The notes under the pieces are model-generated. The model ran no database searches and was not told where the DNA came from. It saw only the letters and a program-made list of their open reading frames with translations. DNA of 33,074 nucleotides, from positions 1-33,074 of the forward strand of contig DEHG01000106.1 of the NCBI GenBank assembly GCA_002351795.1, read 5' to 3'. The position numbers and the translations under genes were made by a program. Shown here one piece after another: positions 1 through 9,260 of this stretch. Origin of the DNA: Ruminococcaceae bacterium UBA2806. Lineage in GTDB: Bacteria > Bacillota > Clostridia > Oscillospirales > Acutalibacteraceae. Numbering within the stretch: the stretch's first letter is position 1; every line of letters begins with the position of its first letter.

Positions 1-27
1 TGCTCTAGCCAACTGAGCTATACCGCC
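1..27 (-). tRNA. tRNA, 5' portion only (runs off the left edge); isotype undetermined
   Basis: The reverse complement of 1-27 reads GGCGGTA-TA-GCTC-AGTTGGCTA-GAGC-A. That is an acceptor 5' arm, U8/A9 and a canonical D stem-loop. The anticodon lies outside the window. Confidence 0.8.
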
Positions 28-56
28 ATTTTTCCGCTGCAACAATCAGCTTTATT

Positions 57-85
57 ATTATATTACATTAAAACTATTTTGTCAA
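57..85 (-). promoter_or_regulatory. Consensus sigma-A promoter driving the tRNA gene
   Basis: On the minus strand, TTGACA (85..80), a 17-nt spacer, then TATAAT (62..57). The predicted start is about 20-25 nt upstream of the mature tRNA 5' end at 27. Confidence 0.7.
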
Positions 86-232
86 TTGTTTTTTTAATTC
101 TTATAGAATTATTACTATACGATTTGTAATATAATAAATTACTATACAAAAAGAATATATTTTATAGTTGATTTCTTGTTTTTACAAATGGTATTATTAA
201 CAGATTTTTAATACAAATAAAGAATTAAACAG

Positions 233-256
233 TTTTCAACATCAAAATGTTGAAAA
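233..256. repeat. Perfect inverted repeat TTTTCAACAT-caaa-ATGTTGAAAA
   Basis: 10-bp arms with a 4-nt spacer, read directly. It shares its core with the 415-436 and 8323-8341 elements. Confidence 0.8.
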
Positions 257-414
257 AGTGGAAAACTTATCAACCTCATAGTTGAAATACATATATAGCT
301 AAAATCGACAAATAACGATCATAAAACACAATATGTTGTAGTTTTATTTTTTTCAATACATATTTAAACGTAATAATTTTATAAAAATTACAGATTGTAA
401 ATTGTTTTAAACAC

Positions 415-436
415 TTTCAACATTTCGATGTTGAAA
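415..436. repeat. Inverted repeat TTTCAACAT-ttcg-ATGTTGAAA just downstream of the GNAT stop; possible terminator or operator
   Basis: 9-bp arms with a 4-nt spacer, extendable with a bulge (ACAC...GTGT). It lies 12 nt beyond the stop codon of the minus-strand GNAT gene. The U-run on the minus strand is weak. Confidence 0.6.
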
Positions 437-448
437 ACTCAGTGTAAT

Positions 449-1006
449 TCAACTTTTACAATCTGTAAAATACTCATTTTTTAGTATGGACAGATGATCC
501 ATATCATAATAAACGCCGTCTTTCAGAAGGTCTTCTCTTAATGTGCCTTCAAATTTCATTCCTATTTTTTCCATTATCCTGCGTGAGGCATAATTGATAC
601 TCATGCAGCGACCTGATATTTTTTCAAAACCTAATTTTTCAAATCCGAAACTTAACATTTCAACAGCCGCTTCAGTTGTAAACCCCTGATTTTTCAGTCC
701 TGTATCTATAAAATATGATATATCAGCATGGTTATGCTCCATGCTGACATTGATAAGACCTACATTGCCTATATATTGATCATTTTCTTTCAGAAACATA
801 CCGAATTCAAAGCTCTGCATAGTTTTGATATTGTTTTTAATGAATTTAAACCATTTTTTCGCCCTGCTTTTGGGATAGTCCTTCGGGATGCCATATGTAG
901 TTGCATAAACTTCCTGCTGTCTGACAACACGAAGATAATCATTTATATCGGAAGTTTTGTATTCACGGATATATAATCTTGGTGTTTCAAAATACCATGC
1001 AGACAT
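449..1006 (-). CDS. GNAT family N-acetyltransferase (RimJ/RimL-like)
   Basis: 185-aa ORF. N-terminal ETPRLYIREY plus NxGxxxKxGF-type acetyl-CoA region (SRRIMEKIGMKFEG). AGGAG RBS upstream of the ATG at 1006. Confidence 0.8.
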   Translation of the reverse strand: MSAWYFETPRLYIREYKTSDINDYLRVVRQQEVYATTYGIPKDYPKSRAKKWFKFIKNNIKTMQSFEFGMFLKENDQYIGNVGLINVSMEHNHADISYFIDTGLKNQGFTTEAAVEMLSFGFEKLGFEKISGRCMSINYASRRIMEKIGMKFEGTLREDLLKDGVYYDMDHLSILKNEYFTDCKS

Positions 1007-1023
1007 AACGGATAACTCCTTTA

Positions 1024-2040
1024 TCAGTAAACGGGAGCAGCAATATCCATTGTTGCGGCAGCATTCAGCTTCATACCGGCCGTATTTCCCGAAAGAAATT
1101 CATAATATGCCTGAGAGCCTATCATTGCGGCATTATCTCCGCAAAGCTGCAGCGGCGGATAATAGCATTTCCAGCCACGATTTTTACATTCCTGTTCAGT
1201 TCTTTTTCTCAGAAGAGAATTTGCGGATACACCACCGGCTAAAACAAGCCTGTCATAGCCTGATTTTTCGGCAGCAGAGATAAAATTTGTCAGCAGAATG
1301 TCAACAACTGTTTTTCTGAAAGACGCTGAAAGATCGGCTGTCGGCAGCGTCTCTCCCCTTTGTGCCGCATTATGTATCAGATTAATTACGGCAGTTTTCA
1401 GACCCGAAAAACTGAAATCATATGGATTGCCGCTTAGCTTGGGACGGGGCAGCTTAAAAGCATCGGGGTCGCCGCTTTGAGCCGCTTTATCAAGATAGAT
1501 CCCTCCCGGATAGGGCATACCCATAGTTCTTGCAGCCTTGTCAAATGCTTCTCCGGCAGCGTCATCCCTTGTTTTTCCTATGACCGTCATTTCTGTATAA
1601 TCTCTGACCTCAACGATATGACTGTGACCGCCAGATACGACAAGACAAAGAAAAGGAGGTTTCAGATCCTTATGTTCAAGATAATTTGCCGCAATATGAC
1701 CTCTCAGATGATGAACCGGTATAAGCGGCAGCCCGCTTGACAGTGAAAGCCCTTTTGCAAAATTAACGCCGACAAGCAAAGCGCCTATAAGTCCGGGCGC
1801 ATAGGTCACTGCAAGTGCGTCAAGATCATCAAGCTTCATTTCTGCCTGAGAAAGAGCTTCCTTAACAACTCCGTTTATTGATTCGCAGTGACGGCGGGAG
1901 GCTATTTCGGGAACGACTCCACCGTATAGCTTATGCTCCTCGACCTGAGTCGCTATTACGGAGGAAATAATATTTCTGCCGTCTTCTATAACTGCCGCTG
2001 CTGTTTCATCGCAGGAGCTTTCTATCGCCAGTATTTTCAT
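1024..2040 (-). CDS. tsaD: tRNA N6-adenosine threonylcarbamoyltransferase TsaD
   Basis: 338 aa. MKILAIESSCDETAAAV N-terminus, HHLRGH metal motif, SGGHS and LAGGVSAN motifs typical of the Kae1/TsaD family. Confidence 0.95.
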   Translation of the reverse strand: MKILAIESSCDETAAAVIEDGRNIISSVIATQVEEHKLYGGVVPEIASRRHCESINGVVKEALSQAEMKLDDLDALAVTYAPGLIGALLVGVNFAKGLSLSSGLPLIPVHHLRGHIAANYLEHKDLKPPFLCLVVSGGHSHIVEVRDYTEMTVIGKTRDDAAGEAFDKAARTMGMPYPGGIYLDKAAQSGDPDAFKLPRPKLSGNPYDFSFSGLKTAVINLIHNAAQRGETLPTADLSASFRKTVVDILLTNFISAAEKSGYDRLVLAGGVSANSLLRKRTEQECKNRGWKCYYPPLQLCGDNAAMIGSQAYYEFLSGNTAGMKLNAAATMDIAAPVY

Positions 2041-2054
2041 TTTTACACCTTCCG

Positions 2055-2519
2055 CTATATATTTATCTTATCACAAGTGAGAATAAGCGCATCCTCAACA
2101 GGATCACGGTAAAAATTCTTTCTTAGTCCTACTTCCTCAAAGCCCATTGAACTATATAAAGCAATTGCCGCTGTATTTGAAGGGCGCACTTCAAGGGAAA
2201 CAGACTCTGCGCCTTTATTATGCGCCATTCTGAATGTTGTTTCCAGCAAAGCTCTTCCGATGCCCTTTCTTCTGTAATCGGGAAAAACTGCTATATCTGA
2301 AATATAACAGCTTTCACAGACAACACATGATCCCATGTAACCCACTATTTCATCTTTATCATTTACAGCAGTAAAGAAATGAGCAATGTGGTTATCAAGC
2401 TCTTCCTCAAGATTATTTTCAGTCCAGGGCTGGGAGAAGCATATTTTTTCAAGCTCGGCTATCTTAGGTATATGTTCTTTGGTCATTGGTATTATTCTGA
2501 TATTTTCCATCTGCCGCAC
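2055..2519 (-). CDS. rimI: Ribosomal-protein-alanine N-acetyltransferase RimI
   Basis: About 150-aa GNAT with RRKGIGRALL acetyl-CoA motif, immediately upstream of tsaD (conserved rimI-tsaD linkage). GTG at 2519 is the track start. ATG at 2510 (MENIRI...) with an AGGTG RBS is an equally plausible start. Confidence 0.8.
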   Translation of the reverse strand: MRQMENIRIIPMTKEHIPKIAELEKICFSQPWTENNLEEELDNHIAHFFTAVNDKDEIVGYMGSCVVCESCYISDIAVFPDYRRKGIGRALLETTFRMAHNKGAESVSLEVRPSNTAAIALYSSMGFEEVGLRKNFYRDPVEDALILTCDKINI

Positions 2520-2957
2520 CTATACCTTATATCTTGATAAAAGATATTTACAGAATTCATCAATTGCATTTTCAATTGATTTCCGACATCTTCTGTATGT
2601 TACCAGATCCGAACCGTAAGGATCCGGTATTCCTCCGCCCAGAACATATATCTTTTCCCCGGGGACACCGATCGAACGCAGAGTCATTGCATGATCCTGC
2701 GTCATAACGACATATATATCGGTGATATCAATATCATGCTCCCTTATTATTCTCGGCTTATGAAAGCTGATATCAATATTTATTTCATTGCATACTGTAA
2801 CTGCATTCGGTGATACATGGGTATCATCGCAGAATCCTAAAGCTGCGCTGCTGAAAATACTTTCTATACCCAGTTCTGCTGATCTTTTTGCATATATAGC
2901 CTTTGCCATCGGACTGCGGCAGGTATTTCCTGTACATATAAACAATATATGCAGCAT
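2520..2957 (-). CDS. Low-molecular-weight protein phosphatase (arginine/tyrosine phosphatase, YwlE-like)
   Basis: 145 aa. Active-site CX5R(S) loop ICTGNTCRSPMA near the N-terminus, and a DPYG acid loop. Confidence 0.85.
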   Translation of the reverse strand: MLHILFICTGNTCRSPMAKAIYAKRSAELGIESIFSSAALGFCDDTHVSPNAVTVCNEINIDISFHKPRIIREHDIDITDIYVVMTQDHAMTLRSIGVPGEKIYVLGGGIPDPYGSDLVTYRRCRKSIENAIDEFCKYLLSRYKV

Positions 2958-3028
2958 ATTTTATTCCCCCTTGGAATGATAAACGGATAATTCCGTAAGT
3001 TAAGATAAAGCACTTATTAAAGATATCA

Positions 3029-5617
3029 TTATGTTTTTGCTTCGTACCATGTTTTTCCTATCCCGGCATCTGCAATAAGCGGAACTGACAGGTTTACTGC
3101 ATTCTGCATTTCCTCGCTCAGGATGGCAGCCGCTTTTTCTGCTTCATTTTCAGGTGCTTCGACAATAAGTTCATCGTGTACCTGAAGTATAAGGCGGGAC
3201 AGCATTTTTTCGTTTTTAAGTCTGTTATATACCTTTATCATTGCAATTTTAATAATATCGGCGGCAGTTCCCTGAATGGGCATATTCCTTGCCACTCTTT
3301 CCCCGAATGCTCTCAGATTATGATTTGAGGCGGCAAGCTCAGGAAGATATCTTCTTCTGCCGAACATTGTCGTTACATAGCCGTCAGATTTTGCCTGTTC
3401 AACGGTATTTTTCATATAATGGTCGATACCGCTGTATAATTTCAGATAATCCTTTATATAGGTGTCGGCTTCCTTTCGGGTAACGCCTATATCCTTTGAA
3501 AGGGAAAATGCGCCTATTCCGTAAACAATACCGAAATTGACAGCCTTTGCACGGCTTCTGAGTGAAGGGCTTATCATTTCTTCCGGCAGATCAAATACCT
3601 TTGCAGCTGTTGAAGTGTGTATATCCTTGTTTTCTTTGAATGCCTCTATCATATTGATATCATTGGATATTGAAGCTAAAACACGAAGTTCGATCTGTGA
3701 ATAGTCGGCATCTACAAGTAAATATCCGTCCTTTGCCGTAAAGAATTTACGCAGCTCCCTGCCTCTTTTTGTTTTTACGGGAATATTCTGGAGATTAGGT
3801 TCAGTCGAGCTTATTCTGCCGGTTCTTGTTTCTGTCTGATTAAAGCTTGAATGTATCCTTCCGTCCGGATGTATTACCTTCAGCAGTCCGTCGCAGTAGG
3901 TCGATTTAAGCTTTGTAAGAGTTCTGTATTCAAGTATATCATTTATAACGGGATGCACGTTTCTCAGTTCTTCAAGAACCTCGGCATTTGTGGAATAACC
4001 GCTTTTTGTTTTCTTTTTTGCGGGCAGCATAAGCTTTTCAAAAAGCGCAGTGCCGAGCTGCTTAGGAGAATTGATATTGAATTCATAGCCGACCTGATCG
4101 CATATGCTTTTTCTCAGCCTTTCAATATCTTCATTCATGCTTTCGCCGTATTCATATATTCCCTGTCTGTCAACAGCGAATCCGATATTTTCCATAGAGG
4201 CAAGAACCTCTGCAAAGGGCAGCTCTATTTCAGTCAGCAGCTTCATCTGCTGTTTATCTTCAAGTTCTGCCGTAAGCTTATCGGTAAGCGGGATAAAGCT
4301 TTCCATTCCGTTTGCATTATCGGTTCTGAACGGACTTATGCCGTATTCACCAAAAAGCCTTTCAAGCTTATAATCGGGCGCATTGGGATTGAGCAAGTAT
4401 GCTGCAAGCATGGTATCGAAAACAAGACCTTCAAATCTGTATCCGCATTTATCGGCTGCGGCAAAAACGGGCTTGCAGTTGTGTGTACGCTTTTTAATGC
4501 TGCCGTCTTTAAGAAAGCTTTCAGTGAAGCCTATAAAATCAGGCGTCAATGAATTTGCGCTGTAAACATTTTTTCCGTCACAGATAATAAGCTCTGTGAT
4601 ATCTTCTCCGTCAGTTTCATACAGGAAATCAACAGTTTTATTTTTTAACTGCTCATATATTTCCATAAGCGGCATATCATTTACAGTGACTAAAGCCCTG
4701 TCGTTTTTTTCAGTCATTCCGGCGGCGGCAGATGCTGCAATATCCTTTCCGCTAAGTCCCCATTTTTCCATCAGAGAGAAAAGCTCATATTTTGCCATCA
4801 GACCCGCAGCCTTTGACTTATCGCAGATTGAAGGAACATATCCGCTTATATCCGTATCTACAGGCGCCTGAGTATTGATAGTGCCGAGCATATAACTAAG
4901 ATAAGCGCTGTCCTTTCCGGCAATAAGCTTATTGCGGATACCCGGCTTGACATCGATAGTATCTATATTATTGTATATATTATCAAGGCTTTCAAATCTT
5001 GTAATAAGATCCTTTGCACCCTTTTCTCCTATTCCGGGAACGCCGGGGATACAGTCCGATGTATCGCCCTGTATAGCCTTTATATCAATAAGCTGTTTTG
5101 GGCTTACTCCGTAAACCTCCATGATCTTATCCTCATCATAGAGAGTTACCTCAGGTTTACCGAATTTTGTTGCGGCTATACGAACGCTTACTGTCGGGGA
5201 TACAAGCTGAAGGCTGTCACGGTCGCCCGTTGCTATTATACATTCATAGCCTTCATCTGTGCATTTTTTTGCAAGCGTTCCTAAAATATCATCAGCTTCA
5301 AATCCCTCGCAGGTGACAATACGAAATCCTAAAGCTGACAGAATATCTTTAAGCGGCTGCATCTGTCCGGCAAGCTCATCCGGCATACCCTTGCGGTTTG
5401 ATTTATAGCCGTCATATGCCTTATGCCTGAATGTAGGAGCTTTAAGATCAAATGCAACAGCAACTGCGTCGGGGCTGCTTTCATCAAGCAGTTTACGCAG
5501 GGTAGTAAGAAAGCCATATATAGCGTTTGTATAATGACCGTCCTTTGTTGAAAGAAGCTTTATTCCATAATACGCTCTGTTAAGTATACTGTTTCCGTCC
5601 AGTACAAGCAGTTTCAT
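3029..5617 (-). CDS. polA: DNA polymerase I
   Basis: 862 aa. 5'-nuclease N-terminus (LLVLDGNSILNRAYY), family-A polymerase motifs DYSQIELR, RRxAKxxNFGxxYG and QVHDEL. Confidence 0.97.
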   Translation of the reverse strand: MKLLVLDGNSILNRAYYGIKLLSTKDGHYTNAIYGFLTTLRKLLDESSPDAVAVAFDLKAPTFRHKAYDGYKSNRKGMPDELAGQMQPLKDILSALGFRIVTCEGFEADDILGTLAKKCTDEGYECIIATGDRDSLQLVSPTVSVRIAATKFGKPEVTLYDEDKIMEVYGVSPKQLIDIKAIQGDTSDCIPGVPGIGEKGAKDLITRFESLDNIYNNIDTIDVKPGIRNKLIAGKDSAYLSYMLGTINTQAPVDTDISGYVPSICDKSKAAGLMAKYELFSLMEKWGLSGKDIAASAAAGMTEKNDRALVTVNDMPLMEIYEQLKNKTVDFLYETDGEDITELIICDGKNVYSANSLTPDFIGFTESFLKDGSIKKRTHNCKPVFAAADKCGYRFEGLVFDTMLAAYLLNPNAPDYKLERLFGEYGISPFRTDNANGMESFIPLTDKLTAELEDKQQMKLLTEIELPFAEVLASMENIGFAVDRQGIYEYGESMNEDIERLRKSICDQVGYEFNINSPKQLGTALFEKLMLPAKKKTKSGYSTNAEVLEELRNVHPVINDILEYRTLTKLKSTYCDGLLKVIHPDGRIHSSFNQTETRTGRISSTEPNLQNIPVKTKRGRELRKFFTAKDGYLLVDADYSQIELRVLASISNDINMIEAFKENKDIHTSTAAKVFDLPEEMISPSLRSRAKAVNFGIVYGIGAFSLSKDIGVTRKEADTYIKDYLKLYSGIDHYMKNTVEQAKSDGYVTTMFGRRRYLPELAASNHNLRAFGERVARNMPIQGTAADIIKIAMIKVYNRLKNEKMLSRLILQVHDELIVEAPENEAEKAAAILSEEMQNAVNLSVPLIADAGIGKTWYEAKT

Positions 5618-5643
5618 ATTGTAACCTCTTTTCAGAAATAAGT

Positions 5644-5925
5644 TTACCGTTTTTTGCTGACAAAAAGTGCTATCCAGATAAAAACACTTATAATAAGCAG
5701 CACAACAGAAATAACGACAGCAGCGCCTGTACCGAACAATCCGAAGGATGAAATGAAACCCAGAATAACAGACAGGGCAGGCAATACTATCAGAATAATT
5801 TTTTTGGGTTTAGTGATACTGTTTTCGGTCAGCCTTATCATAACAGCAAGAGATATGACCATACATATCAGGGAAAAAACTCCGGCTGTGAAAAAAACAG
5901 CAAGCGCAAATAAAAAATTACCCAT
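5644..5925 (-). CDS. Small hydrophobic membrane protein (3 predicted TM helices), unknown function
   Basis: 93-aa ORF, almost entirely hydrophobic. GAGGA RBS overlapping the alr stop. Same strand as its neighbours and tightly packed between them. Confidence 0.55.
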   Translation of the reverse strand: MGNFLFALAVFFTAGVFSLICMVISLAVMIRLTENSITKPKKIILIVLPALSVILGFISSFGLFGTGAAVVISVVLLIISVFIWIALFVSKKR

Positions 5926-5929
5926 TTAT

Positions 5930-7129
5930 TCAGTCCTCGGATGATGAACGTATACAATCCATTATACCAACGTTTTTGCCGTGTCTTTTATATACCCTCG
6001 GAACTCTTTTTCCGACAAGGCATACAAGCTCATAATTTATTGTACCCGTCATTTGTGCGATATCGTCAAAGGAAATCGTATTATACGTACCGTCACCGAT
6101 AACGGTCACTTCATCACCTGTTTTTACATCTTCTATATCTGTAACATCTATCATTACCTGATCCATGCATACTCTGCCGATCACAGGGGCTTTCTTTCCT
6201 CTTACAGTCATATATGCCCTTCCGGAAAGACTTCTTGAATAGCCGTCGGCATATCCTATCGGAACTGTTGCTATTTTGGTAGGCTTATCGGTAACAAACG
6301 TTCCTCCATAGCTGACAGCTGTACCCGGTTCAACTGTCTTGATAAGCGCAATAACGCTTTTTATCTGCATAGCCTGTTTAAGATCAAGCTTTCCGGCAAG
6401 CTTTGAGGACGGTGAAAGACCGTAAAGAATGATACCTGCCCTTACGCAGTCAAACCTTGCCTGTTCATAATCTATAATAGCCCCGCTGTTGGAGCAGTGT
6501 ACAGTTTCAAATTTTATACCGTCATTTTCAAGCTTATCAACAGCATCGGAAAAACATTCAAACTGATGAAGTGTAGCGTCTTTTCCCTCTTCTGCCTCAT
6601 CTGATACGGCAAAATGCGTAAATATCCCGCATACATTGATTCCCGGGAGGGAGCATACCTGTTTTATATCATCAAGAGAATTCTTATCTCTTTCTATATC
6701 CTGATACATAAAGCCTATACGGCTCATACCCGTATCTAATTTTATATGGGCTTTGACGGTAACATTATCAGCAGCGGCATTTTCCGAAAGCTGTTTTGCA
6801 TAATCGGTCGAAAGCACAGCCTGAGTTATATCATTATCAGCAAGCTCCTTTGCCATTTCAGCAGGAGTGAATCCGAGTATAAGTATAGGCTTTGTAATAC
6901 CGCTTTCTCTTAACTGGAGAGCTTCTTCTATGTTTGATACAGCAAAGCGGTCAGCGCCGAGCTTTTCATAATACTGACCAAGGAAAACAGCGCCGTGACC
7001 GTAGCCGTCTGCCTTTATCACGCACATTATTTCCGTATCATTGCCGACTTTTTTTCTTATTTCCTTAAAATTATGTCTTATAGCGTCAATATCAACTTCA
7101 GCCCATGTTCTTCTCAGAAAATCGATCAT
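5930..7129 (-). CDS. alr: Alanine racemase
   Basis: 399 aa. PLP-lysine motif VIKADGYGHG, C-terminal beta-domain motifs (PIGYADGY, VCMD). Confidence 0.93.
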   Translation of the reverse strand: MIDFLRRTWAEVDIDAIRHNFKEIRKKVGNDTEIMCVIKADGYGHGAVFLGQYYEKLGADRFAVSNIEEALQLRESGITKPILILGFTPAEMAKELADNDITQAVLSTDYAKQLSENAAADNVTVKAHIKLDTGMSRIGFMYQDIERDKNSLDDIKQVCSLPGINVCGIFTHFAVSDEAEEGKDATLHQFECFSDAVDKLENDGIKFETVHCSNSGAIIDYEQARFDCVRAGIILYGLSPSSKLAGKLDLKQAMQIKSVIALIKTVEPGTAVSYGGTFVTDKPTKIATVPIGYADGYSRSLSGRAYMTVRGKKAPVIGRVCMDQVMIDVTDIEDVKTGDEVTVIGDGTYNTISFDDIAQMTGTINYELVCLVGKRVPRVYKRHGKNVGIMDCIRSSSED

Positions 7130-7467
7130 AAATAAAGCCTCACATTATTCTGGATTATTTCTATACCTTATATTGTACTCCATAACCCCTTCAATGTCAA
7201 TGATTTACCTATTAGCAGCGTGAAAATCAGAATTATGATCTTACATCTTAAAACCTGAATTCATGAGATACCTGTACAATTTCTTCTGTATCTGTAGTTT
7301 TATTTACAGATCGCCGCCTGATTGTAGCTTTAGCAACAAAACAGCCAATTATTGAATATTGTTAAATCCTGCAAAAAATGATATTCTATAATCACAGCGA
7401 GGGACAAAACAAAAACCTCACAGAAAATAAAAAAACAAAAGTAAAAAAAATAAAGGAGTTAATCAAA

Positions 7468-8199
7468 ATGAAAAAGACAGTTACAAGAAAGATTTTTGCA
7501 GGTATTATGGCAGCAGTTTGTTCAGTATCAGCTATGTCAGCAGTTACAGCAATGACAGTAAGCGCAGCTTCACCGTCAGTATCCGTTTCATCAGTAAGCC
7601 GTCAGGTCGCTGTTGTAAACCTCAAGGGCGAGGACTGGAACTACAGTGCAGACAGCCTTTGCGCTAAGATCACCTGTGATTATAACTGGTCAACCTGCAA
7701 TTGCTGCTTCAAGGCATCAGGTGTTACGCCGGGTGTGACAAATGCAGTTCTTAAGGCAGAGGTAGAGGACGGCTACTGGCAGAATGTTCCGATGAAGTTT
7801 ACAGTTGACAATAACCTCAATGTAAAGGGTCAGCAGAACGGAAGTGTATATTACACAGGTAAGAAAAAGTCACAGTCAGGCAGCCAGACTCAGCAGAGCC
7901 AGTCACAGCAGCAGGCAGCTCCGAAATATCAGTCATCAACAACGACTTATACAATGAAGGGCTGCAACTGGAATTACAGCGCAGACAGTCTTTGTGCATC
8001 TATAGGCTGTGATTTCAACTGGAATACATCTACCTGCAAATTCATTATCACAGCTTCAAAGCCCGGTGTAACAAACGCAGTTCTCAAGGCAAAGAGAACT
8101 GACGGCAAGTGGAACAACACACCTATCCGCTTCACTGTTGACAATAATCTCAACATCAGCTATCAGAAGACAGGCGATATGTTCGTAACAAATAACTGA
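7468..8199 (+). CDS. Secreted protein with two tandem Cys-rich about 68-aa modules joined by a Q/S-rich linker; unknown function
   Basis: The ATG at 7468 follows an AAAGGAG RBS; the track start at 7378 has none. Signal peptide MKKTVTRKIFAGIMAAVCSVSAMSAVTAMTVSAAS. Modules at 7621-7824 and 7954-8157 align without gaps. Confidence 0.75.
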   Translation: MKKTVTRKIFAGIMAAVCSVSAMSAVTAMTVSAASPSVSVSSVSRQVAVVNLKGEDWNYSADSLCAKITCDYNWSTCNCCFKASGVTPGVTNAVLKAEVEDGYWQNVPMKFTVDNNLNVKGQQNGSVYYTGKKKSQSGSQTQQSQSQQQAAPKYQSSTTTYTMKGCNWNYSADSLCASIGCDFNWNTSTCKFIITASKPGVTNAVLKAKRTDGKWNNTPIRFTVDNNLNISYQKTGDMFVTNN

Positions 8200-8244
8200 T
8201 ATCGGTCTGAAAAAGCTTACAGGGTTGCCATTTGATATAAAAAG

Positions 8245-8283
8245 CCGCCGTTTATTCCATTAAGTTTACGGAATAAACGGCGG
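8245..8283 (+). terminator. Rho-independent terminator of the 7468-8199 gene
   Basis: 14-bp perfect stem CCGCCGTTTATTCC / GGAATAAACGGCGG with an 11-nt loop, followed by TAATTTTTATT. Confidence 0.85.
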
Positions 8284-8322
8284 TAATTTTTATTGTTTAA
8301 ATTTCAACTTTTTAACAATGAA

Positions 8323-8341
8323 TTGTTGAAAATGTTGAAAA
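8323..8341. repeat. Tandem TTGTTGAAAA / ATGTTGAAAA copies abutting the Mrp stop codon
   Basis: Same 10-mer core as the palindromes at 233-256 and 415-436. An imperfect partner arm (TTTCAAC...AACAAT) lies at 8310-8320. Confidence 0.6.
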
Positions 8342-8343
8342 CA

Positions 8344-9213
8344 TCAGATATGAATAAGAGTTTCAAGAACATCGGCAGCTGCCTTTGCTTCATCGCTTAC
8401 AATGCTTTCGATCTTTCCGTCATCACAGGCTTTTGCGTTTTTCGGGTCTATCGGGAGCTGTGCAATGACTTTAAGATCAAATTCCTTTGCAACCTCGTCA
8501 ATTTTGCTCTCACCGAAGGGATAATGCTTCTTTCCGCAGTCAGGACATACATAATAGCTCATATTCTCAACTACTCCGAGGATGGGAACATTCATAAGCT
8601 TTGCCATTTTTACAGCCTTGCCTACGATCATTGATACAAGATCCTGCGGTGAAGTTACAACTATGATTCCGTCAAGCGGAAGTGACTGATAAACCGTCAG
8701 CGGGACATCACCTGTTCCGGGAGGCATATCTACAAACATAAAGTCGATATCGCCCCATACAACATCGGACCAGAACTGCTTTACGGTGCCTGCAAGAATG
8801 GGTCCTCTCCATACAACGGGATCGGTGGCGTTCTCCAAAAGAAGGTTGATGGACATTACCTTAATGCCGCCCTCGGTAATTACAGGGTGTATGCCCTTTT
8901 CGCTGCCCATTGCCCTTTCATTAAGACCGAAAGCCTTAGGTATGGACGGACCTGTTATATCAGCGTCAAGAATAGCTGTTTTATAGCCTTTTCTGCTGAA
9001 CATAACGGACATGAGCGAGGTTACTATTGATTTGCCTACGCCGCCCTTGCCGCTGACTACGCCGATAACCTTGCGTACCCTGCTGAAATCGTTCAGACTT
9101 TCGTGCAGCTCTACAGTTACGCCGCCCTCTCTTGAGGAACAGTTTGCGCTGCAGGTACTACAGTCATGTGTACATTCCTCTGTTACTTCTTTTTCCTTTT
9201 GATTCTCTGCCAT
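8344..9213 (-). CDS. Mrp/NBP35/ApbC-family iron-sulfur cluster carrier ATPase
   Basis: 289 aa. Deviant Walker A SGKGGVGKS, CxxC motif (YYVCPDCGKK), Cys-rich N-terminal extension (CTHDCSTCSANCSS). Confidence 0.9.
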   Translation of the reverse strand: MAENQKEKEVTEECTHDCSTCSANCSSREGGVTVELHESLNDFSRVRKVIGVVSGKGGVGKSIVTSLMSVMFSRKGYKTAILDADITGPSIPKAFGLNERAMGSEKGIHPVITEGGIKVMSINLLLENATDPVVWRGPILAGTVKQFWSDVVWGDIDFMFVDMPPGTGDVPLTVYQSLPLDGIIVVTSPQDLVSMIVGKAVKMAKLMNVPILGVVENMSYYVCPDCGKKHYPFGESKIDEVAKEFDLKVIAQLPIDPKNAKACDDGKIESIVSDEAKAAADVLETLIHI

Positions 9214-9260
9214 TATAAATGACCTCCTTGTTTTATTGACAGCCTTGCGGCTAAAATTAT

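Noticed and set aside
1-27. Assigning an amino-acid identity to the partial tRNA
   Set aside because: The anticodon arm lies outside the window. The acceptor and D-arm sequence alone is not diagnostic, although it is compatible with several isotypes.
233-436. Possibility that the repeated palindromes in the left intergenic region are a CRISPR array or a replication origin
   Set aside because: There are only two copies with irregular spacing of about 180 bp, and no conserved repeat-spacer periodicity. I saw no DnaA-box (TTATCCACA-like) clusters and no adjacent dnaA or cas genes.
3851-4552. 233-aa plus-strand ORF, and several 60-90-aa ORFs, inside the polA region
   Set aside because: They are antisense shadows of a confidently identified polA CDS. 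They have no RBS and a low-complexity, hydrophobic, Phe/Ile/Lys-rich composition typical of reverse-frame read-through in AT-rich genes.
7378-7467. N-terminal extension of the secreted repeat protein (track start at 7378)
   Set aside because: No RBS precedes 7378. The extension is Lys/Asn-rich and would bury the signal peptide. The ATG at 7468 has an AAAGGAG RBS at ideal spacing.
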